Of a stretch of 24,126 nt of DNA, positions 17,063 to 22,585 are shown piece by piece. Source of the stretch: a virus. Taxonomy: Duplodnaviria; Caudoviricetes. Numbering within the stretch: position 1 is the stretch's first letter; each line of letters begins with the position of its first letter. The stretch is taken from positions 1-24,126 of IMG/VR virus record IMGVR_UViG_3300031519_000224. One strand, 5' to 3'. The notes under the pieces are model-generated. The model was given only the letters and a program-made list of their open reading frames with translations, ran no database searches and was not told the DNA's origin. Made by a program: the position numbers and the translations under genes.

Positions 17063-18250
17063 CTATTGCGCGAGTAGGCTATAGCGCGAGACGTAGTCGC
17101 GAAGGTTGGCAAGCGGCTCTTGCTCACCACCAGCCTGCGCGGCGAGCAAGCCTGTGATCGGGTCCGCGTTTGCGGCGTTGAGATTGGAAAGATGCGACAG
17201 GCGCGGATCAAAGCGGGCAAAGCGGCTGCGGATGTTGGCGGGGTCGAAGGTGACTTGCTCCGTCCCCCAATCCGGCATAACCCCGTAAAGGTCGCGGTCG
17301 TTGGTCATTCTTGTGCCGTCATACCCAAGGCCTTGAATGTCGCGTGTTCCGGCCCGCGCATCATCTACGTTGGGGAACGGGTCTTGTCCTTCTGGCCACT
17401 GCATATAGCGGCCCCGAGAGACAACAGGTAAAACGTTTTGACCTGCCTCTGGTTCACGATAATTGGCATACCCTGACGCAACATCAGGGTCAGTGTCAGT
17501 TGTAACGCCGCGCCCATACCACCCTTGATCGTTCCGCCCAAATAGACGTGGGTCAAACGCTTGAATATCTGTGTCGGTCCCGTGGTAACTGTTGTTTCCA
17601 AACCCCATCTCAGCAGCCCGCGCCATCCGCGAAGCCTCGTCAAGCGGCATATCCATGCCCGTCTGGCCGGAGACGTATAGTTGATACATCTCCTGCGGGT
17701 CGGCTTGGGCCATGAGGTCATCGGTCACTTCGCTTGCGCGGCCATCACGAAGTAGGCGCGCAACCTGCGCGGCGGGGGTGTCTGCGGCAGAGGCGGCAAC
17801 ACGCCCACCCATCCCAACACTACCCGCAGGTCGAGCAAAAAGCCCACCCACACCCATAGCCATACCAGCAGCTTCCACCGCATCCATCGGCGTTGCGCCG
17901 GGTGCCATTGCGCGTTCAATCCCCTCATAGCCACCGCGAAAGATGTCAGCGCCCGTGCCAACGGGGTCGGACAGCAAGCCGCTGGCAAAGCCCTGAATAC
18001 CCGCGCCGAGGTTCTCACCCGGCGTCATTACGCCGTCGTCGAAGCCAATGATGTTGTCGAGCAGGTTATACATCATCCCGCGATCACCAGCATCCCGACC
18101 ACGAACCGGGACAATGTCAGTCGCGGCATACTGCGCGCCGAGAAATGTCTTGCGTATCTCGCGCCCAAGTTCGTCATAACCCACGATAGGGTCGCGGGCC
18201 GATGACTCTGCGGGGCGCGCGTAACCGGGTGTTTCTACAAGACCAGCCAT
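17063..18250 (-). CDS. Putative virion-associated protein with ADP-ribosyltransferase-like (ART-PolyVal-type) domain
   Basis: YHGT...F.....G......YGRGV....DP.VA..YA...NV.PV...GYDG...E.V.FDP.NIRS motif series. Gly/Ala-rich N-terminus resembles internal virion proteins. Confidence 0.65.
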   Translation of the reverse strand: MAGLVETPGYARPAESSARDPIVGYDELGREIRKTFLGAQYAATDIVPVRGRDAGDRGMMYNLLDNIIGFDDGVMTPGENLGAGIQGFASGLLSDPVGTGADIFRGGYEGIERAMAPGATPMDAVEAAGMAMGVGGLFARPAGSVGMGGRVAASAADTPAAQVARLLRDGRASEVTDDLMAQADPQEMYQLYVSGQTGMDMPLDEASRMARAAEMGFGNNSYHGTDTDIQAFDPRLFGRNDQGWYGRGVTTDTDPDVASGYANYREPEAGQNVLPVVSRGRYMQWPEGQDPFPNVDDARAGTRDIQGLGYDGTRMTNDRDLYGVMPDWGTEQVTFDPANIRSRFARFDPRLSHLSNLNAANADPITGLLAAQAGGEQEPLANLRDYVSRYSLLAQ

Positions 18251-18251
18251 T

Positions 18252-18404
18252 CTATCCTACGCTCTTCTGGCCCTTATAGCCCCACGCCTTGCGGCGAACC
18301 TCAACTTTCGGGGTGCGCTTTTGGCTGACCGTCCGCGCGCAATACGCACCGCCTAAACTTCGGGGCGTAGAGCCATCAGGCATCTGAACGGTATACTTAG
18401 CCAT
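18252..18404 (-). CDS. 50-aa basic microprotein (YCAR...RRKAW motif)
   Basis: Manual translation: MAKYTVQMPDGSTPRSLGGAYCARTVSQKRTPKVEVRRKAWGYKGQKSVG. Start overlaps the upstream stop (TGATG) and the stop is 1 nt before the next ATG. Confidence 0.7.
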   Translation of the reverse strand: MAKYTVQMPDGSTPRSLGGAYCARTVSQKRTPKVEVRRKAWGYKGQKSVG

Positions 18405-18508
18405 CAGCGGCCACCCTTGAGGCAACGCCCAGCAGCCATACAGGCGCTGCGGCTCTTACACCCAGAGCAGGGCATGAAACGCTTTGTCGTCGTGCCATAA
18501 TTCTTCAC
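18404..18508 (-). CDS. 34-aa Cys-rich basic microprotein
   Basis: GGAGGT RBS 7 nt before GTG 18508. MKNYGTTTKRFMPCSGCKSRSACMAAGRCLKGGR (C-x2-C-x5-C-x5-C), coupled to the next ORF. Confidence 0.7.
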   Translation of the reverse strand: MKNYGTTTKRFMPCSGCKSRSACMAAGRCLKGGR

Positions 18509-18531
18509 GAAAAATACCTCCGGCTAGCCGT

Positions 18532-18547
18532 GTGGTATCATAATACC
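18532..18547 (-). promoter_or_regulatory. GGTATTATGATACCAC box (putative late promoter or operator)
   Basis: Third copy of the 16-bp box also seen at 3663-3678 and 6918-6933. Directly downstream of a terminator and upstream of an RBS. Confidence 0.55.
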
Positions 18548-18558
18548 GCGCACAAGAC

Positions 18559-18605
18559 AAAAAAGAAAGGCCGCGCGCAAGTGGAGCATAGCGCAGCGGC
18601 CTTTC
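18559..18605 (-). terminator. Intrinsic terminator downstream of TerL
   Basis: RNA GAAAGGCCGC-U-GCGC-(12-nt loop)-GCGC-GCGGCCUUUC followed by UUUUUU. Confidence 0.8.
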
Positions 18606-18639
18606 AGCGCCAAACTGGGAGGAAAGCGCCCCCAAACCC
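18559..18639 (-). ncRNA. Candidate ~80-nt small RNA with anti-Shine-Dalgarno (UUCCUCCC) loop
   Basis: TATGAT -10-like hexamer at 18651-18646, hairpin GGCGCU/GGCGCU enclosing UUCCUCCCAGUUU, then the terminator hairpin with CUCC in its loop. Confidence 0.35.
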
Positions 18640-18657
18640 TACACCATCATAGGGTGG

Positions 18658-20082
18658 CTAAACAATACCCCTGATCGAACGGCGCAGGGGCTTCTTCCAG
18701 CCACCCTTGAACGACGTCCCGTAAGCCATCGTCGTATGGTCCGTCGCAAGGCTCAGACACACCGCATCAGCCCGGTCAGGCGACTTCATCCCACGCTTCT
18801 TCATCGAATCCTTCGACTCGACCTGTATTTTCCCGCTCGCCGTGAAATTATACCTCGGCGCAGCCATTTCAGCATACAACTGATCGTCCCTCGGCAGCGA
18901 CACGTCGCGGTTTTCCAACCACTCCTTCGCCTTGAACCACAACTCAGCGCGCAAATTCTGATACGTCGGACTCGACGGGCGCTCAGACACGTTCAAACCC
19001 CGCGCAGGCATCCCCAACTCGCGCAGGCGGTCCAACACCCCCGCCCCCAGCCCAATGCTGTCAATAATGATCTCCGCAGGCCGCTTGTTCGGGGGAGACG
19101 TGTCATACTCAATCTTCACAGCCCCAACCAACTGCATCAAATCCAAGCCCTGCCACGTCCGCAAAGGATGCACCACTGGACCCTGACGCTTGCACAACAC
19201 GCTGCTGTCGTTCCCGTGACGGGCCACATCCAAACCCCAGATCGGTGTCGTATGCTCGTCAATCTCAACAGCATTCCCCATCGCATACTCCAGCAAATGC
19301 ACAGGAATTACCGTATCATCCTCGGCAGGCGGAAAATTCCCCAAGACGCGCACATGATACGCCGGACTGTTCTCACCATACCGCAGCTTCATCTCATCAA
19401 CGAAATCAGCCGACACGCGAGGGCTATCAATGCAACTCACGTGCATCGTGCGCCACTGATCCGACAGCCGATTGTGCGTCTCGTAAAACAATCCCGTATT
19501 CCGCGTCGGGTTCCCGGTCAGGATCGTAGTAGCACTATGACCCGACATCGAACCCGCCGCAGACTCGAAAACCGCTTCCGGAACACCACTCGCCTCGTCC
19601 GCAATCAACAACACATGCGACGAGTGAACACCCGCCAGCGCTTCAGGCTGTTCCGCACGGCTCGTACGGCAAGAAATAAAACTATCAGCCGCGCGACCCC
19701 GCAACTCAATGCGATCACCCTTGACCTCAAACAACTCGTGAAATGGCGGCTTAATATCCCGGCACAGACGCTTCACCTCCGCGAACAACGCATCGAACAA
19801 CTGCGCACTCGTGGGGGCAGTCATCACCACCTTGCCCGGAACCCTCCACGCAAGGTGCCAGATCGCGGCCATGGCGACGGCAGTGGATTTCCCGACACCA
19901 TGCCCAGAGCGGACGCTGATGCGACGCTCTTTGGGATTGGCGACGATATTGAGGAACTCTTCCTGCCACGGGTCGGGATCAACGCCCAAAACCTCACGGG
20001 CGAATAGCACCGGGTCATTGCCGTAACGCTTCGCCAGAGCGAAGAAAGGGTTTTCCGCTGCGCTTGTAGCTGATCTCTCCAT
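18658..20082 (-). CDS. terL: Terminase large subunit
   Basis: PDPWQ, Walker A SGHGVGKS, Walker B LLIADEASG, motif III TGNPT, nuclease WGLDVARHGND, IIDSIGLG and SPDRADA. Confidence 0.96.
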   Translation of the reverse strand: MERSATSAAENPFFALAKRYGNDPVLFAREVLGVDPDPWQEEFLNIVANPKERRISVRSGHGVGKSTAVAMAAIWHLAWRVPGKVVMTAPTSAQLFDALFAEVKRLCRDIKPPFHELFEVKGDRIELRGRAADSFISCRTSRAEQPEALAGVHSSHVLLIADEASGVPEAVFESAAGSMSGHSATTILTGNPTRNTGLFYETHNRLSDQWRTMHVSCIDSPRVSADFVDEMKLRYGENSPAYHVRVLGNFPPAEDDTVIPVHLLEYAMGNAVEIDEHTTPIWGLDVARHGNDSSVLCKRQGPVVHPLRTWQGLDLMQLVGAVKIEYDTSPPNKRPAEIIIDSIGLGAGVLDRLRELGMPARGLNVSERPSSPTYQNLRAELWFKAKEWLENRDVSLPRDDQLYAEMAAPRYNFTASGKIQVESKDSMKKRGMKSPDRADAVCLSLATDHTTMAYGTSFKGGWKKPLRRSIRGIV

Positions 20083-20508
20083 GCGGGCCTCATACTACAA
20101 AAAAGGGGTGGGGGGGTATGCAAAATTTTTTGTGGGGGTGGGGTGGGGTGTCGGGTGTGTGCGAATAGTGCCTGAGCAATGGCCCCGACCGCTGCGATCA
20201 AGGGGGGGCATTTTTGGGCAGGCGCTGGCACCGGGCGCATCGCGCATTGCCTTGAGCGAGGTGGATGAGGGGGATATTTTGGGGGATACAGATTTGCGCT
20301 ATAAGCTTATAGCTTTGTTTTTATTGGCTTTTTCCCAATATGTCGGTGCCCTACTTAGGCACCACATCCCCCAAACCAACAAGTAGTGCGAAATCGAACT
20401 ATCTCACGCGCACGGGCGCGATGCCGTCGGTGTGTGCGAAATCGCGCCCTCAGAGCCACGGAGAGGGCGCGCAGGCGCTCATCTTTTGTTTTCGGGTATG
20501 GACCCAGC
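20083..20508. other. Structured non-coding gap between TerS and TerL (candidate packaging-initiation or terminus region)
   Basis: No credible ORF. Contains G-tracts, a perfect 16-bp palindrome (20298-20313), further inverted repeats and three GTGCGAA direct repeats. Confidence 0.4.
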
Positions 20509-21006
20509 CTATTGGTATTCATCCTCGTCAGGGAGGCTGTCTGCCAAGTCTTCGTCCTCAACCTCCTCTGCGGTGCCTTCTATCGCCTCCATGACCGATC
20601 TTTCGGCCTCTTGGCTAATCAGCGCAGCCGCTTGGCTGTGCAGGTCTTCAATCCGCAGGGTGACGGTCGTCTCCTTCTGGCGCACGTCGTAGGCGCTGTT
20701 CAGCTTTGACGCGATCCACTTATCAGTATCGACCTGCAACCTTGCGACGGTGACGTTCTCGTTTGTCGCGCTCTGCGCAGTCTCCACGGCCCGTTGCGCA
20801 TAGGCGTGACCCGCATTGCGCAACACCTCATCGTATCGGGCTTTGCGCCCATCCTCGCTGTCGAGCCACTTATACCAAGTCCCCCACCCCATACCCCATC
20901 CGGCCAGCAGCGACTTGACCGTGTTCCCGGCCAGTATCCGCTCGAAAATCACGTCCTCCCCGATTGCGTTAAGTTGCTTGATCCGTTCGCGTGTGATCTT
21001 TCCCAT
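20509..21006 (-). CDS. terS: Terminase small subunit (Sf6-like)
   Basis: N-terminal HTH-like 'IFERILAG.TVKSL.......GTWYKWL', 'ARLQVDT.KW.ASKL...Y' motif and acidic tail. Upstream of TerL. Confidence 0.85.
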   Translation of the reverse strand: MGKITRERIKQLNAIGEDVIFERILAGNTVKSLLAGWGMGWGTWYKWLDSEDGRKARYDEVLRNAGHAYAQRAVETAQSATNENVTVARLQVDTDKWIASKLNSAYDVRQKETTVTLRIEDLHSQAAALISQEAERSVMEAIEGTAEEVEDEDLADSLPDEDEYQ

Positions 21007-21010
21007 AGGC

Positions 21011-21292
21011 TCAATCCCTCAATTCGTTTGCCAGCGCCATGTAGGCTGACGCATCCACATATGTATCATGCTTCGGCGCACCTGACGTGATGCGCGCGAT
21101 CTTGAGCAGGGCCATGCACACGGCCACGTCATGCCCATCGACCTCGTAGTTCAGATACGCTGACCACATCGTTGCGATGCAATCAAAGTTCTGTCGCGGT
21201 GGACCATACTCGGCCTGCCGATCTCCGTTGATGAGGTCCCCGGCATCCGCCAGTGTTTTCGATCTTACATTCTCTTCCTCAAACATGACCAT
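21011..21292 (-). CDS. DUF6378-family phage protein
   Basis: 'L..A..LINGDRQ.EYG.P..NF..IA.MWSAYL......DVA.CMALLKIAR.......DTYVD...Y.ALA' pattern. Confidence 0.8.
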   Translation of the reverse strand: MVMFEEENVRSKTLADAGDLINGDRQAEYGPPRQNFDCIATMWSAYLNYEVDGHDVAVCMALLKIARITSGAPKHDTYVDASAYMALANELRD

Positions 21293-22010
21293 CTCGGCCC
21301 TCCTTTGGTGTAATCGTAAACAACTTTTCCGTTGCCCTTAGCGATCCTGTGTCTTTCGTCAGGCTTGATGTCACTTCTTTTTCCCAAACATAAAGCCAAT
21401 TTGGCGGGGCCGTGTATTCGCTTACAAACACACGGCAGGTCGCGGATAAACTTGCGCAGAACCGCCAGAACCGATCATGATTAAAGTCACCATATTTGTA
21501 TTTTGTTGTGCCAGCATAAGGCGGGTCCATGTAAACAGTCGACCCAACAGGGTAGTCAATTTCGTCGTATTCACCTACATAGAATTGCACACCGCTCAAG
21601 CCCTTGGCTTGTCTCAGGAGGTGTGAAACCTGCTCCGCTGCATAGTTTCTCGGCTGACCTTTTGGGTCTTTTCCGCGACAATATCCGCCAAAATACTTTC
21701 CGCCGAACGAACAAGAGTAACCGACGAACCCGACCAATTCAGGTGGATAGTTTTCTTTGTCTTGTTTCACGTCATGATAAATTTGTTCGCTCACATCGAC
21801 GGGCGGAACCCATCCGTTCGCGACGGCTCTGAGTAGCGCAACCGCGTATTCTGCAACGTCACCGCCGATGCGGATTTTTGCTGGAATGTGCGCCATCATG
21901 TTGCCACCACCCAAGAACGGCTCAATATACGGCTTTGACTGATCGTGCCCGTCCATCAGTATCGGCACAATGTGCTTTGCGTGGCGCGCCTTCGATCCCA
22001 TGTATCGCAT
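21279..22010 (-). CDS. Orphan Dam-like (D12 class) DNA N6-adenine methyltransferase
   Basis: Start revised to ATG 22010 (AAGGAGG RBS). RYMGSK, SAM motif YIEPFLGGG, catalytic DPPY and VFVSEY. Confidence 0.9.
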   Translation of the reverse strand: MRYMGSKARHAKHIVPILMDGHDQSKPYIEPFLGGGNMMAHIPAKIRIGGDVAEYAVALLRAVANGWVPPVDVSEQIYHDVKQDKENYPPELVGFVGYSCSFGGKYFGGYCRGKDPKGQPRNYAAEQVSHLLRQAKGLSGVQFYVGEYDEIDYPVGSTVYMDPPYAGTTKYKYGDFNHDRFWRFCASLSATCRVFVSEYTAPPNWLYVWEKEVTSSLTKDTGSLRATEKLFTITPKEGRDGHV

Positions 22011-22269
22011 CACTGGCCTCCTTCGATTCACCCCCAAGCTCAAGGGGTCGGCTGTCGTCCAAGCTTTCTAATCTACAGAGTGCGCATCTGAATTTATTTG
22101 CCGTTAAAGCGTTTCGGCTGGATATCCCCGCCACACTCATAACCTTCTCATGACCGCAGGGGAGTAAGATCAAAGCCTTTGGCGCATTACCAATCTGGCC
22201 GAGCAACTCCCCCCCACGGCGGGCCACCGCCGCGCCATAAAACTTTTTGGTATCTTCTGACCAAGCCAT
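21922..22269 (-). CDS. Hypothetical protein with putative Zn-ribbon (CGH...CALC)
   Basis: GAGG RBS before ATG 22269. LPCGHEK...FRCALC. The 3' end overlaps the methyltransferase start by 89 nt. Confidence 0.6.
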   Translation of the reverse strand: MAWSEDTKKFYGAAVARRGGELLGQIGNAPKALILLPCGHEKVMSVAGISSRNALTANKFRCALCRLESLDDSRPLELGGESKEASDAIHGIEGAPRKAHCADTDGRARSVKAVY

Positions 22270-22301
22270 ATCCTCACCCTTCTGCGATGTAATATCTAAG
22301 C

Positions 22302-22330
22302 TTTTTAAGATTTTAAGATGTTTGCGTCAA
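22302..22330 (-). promoter_or_regulatory. Possible sigma70 promoter (TTGACG-N17-TAAAAA) overlapped by an ATCTTAAAA direct repeat
   Basis: Good -35 at 22330-22325. The -10 lacks the final T. ATCTTAAAA occurs twice in tandem across the spacer and -10. Confidence 0.35.
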
Positions 22331-22338
22331 TGCCGAAA

Positions 22339-22574
22339 GTGCTCAGGTGCTCGGTGCTCAGTAGTTTCAACTCCTTTACGACGGATGTGTGTAGACTTCA
22401 TTTTTGGTATTTATTTTACATACCCAACTCGACCCATGTGGATTACCATTTTACTGAGCACTGAGCACTTTTTATCTCTTTTTAGAAGAAAAAGAAAAGA
22501 AAATAAAAGGGTTAGCGAGGTGCTCAGTGGGGGTGCTCAGTGCGGTGCTCAGTGCCAAAAACCCTACTAAGCAC
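22339..22574. repeat. GTGCTCAG iteron cluster with AT-rich core; putative replication origin
   Basis: Exact direct copies at 22339, 22354, 22520, 22533 and 22545, inverted copies at 22454 and 22461, one-mismatch copies at 22347 and 22567. A/T tract ~22469-22508. Immediately downstream of the primase-helicase. Confidence 0.75.
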
Positions 22575-22585
22575 CGCCTTCCCCG

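Noticed and set aside
14862-17084. 333-aa, 266-aa and 187-aa plus-strand ORFs antisense to portal
   Set aside because: Antisense shadows of a codon-biased gene with no recognisable domains.
18736-20007. 423-aa plus-strand ORF antisense to terL
   Set aside because: Shadow ORF of a GC-rich gene. Arg/His/Pro-rich composition, no motifs, fully overlaps a clear TerL.
19824-20709. Several short ORFs spanning the TerS-TerL gap
   Set aside because: Pro/Arg-rich translations of homopolymer and repeat DNA, no convincing RBS, overlapping terS or terL.
22339-22574. Possible mini-CRISPR or the 107-aa ORF 22247..22570
   Set aside because: Units are only 8 bp, in both orientations and irregularly spaced, which fits iterons. 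The ORF is low-complexity and against the gene flow.
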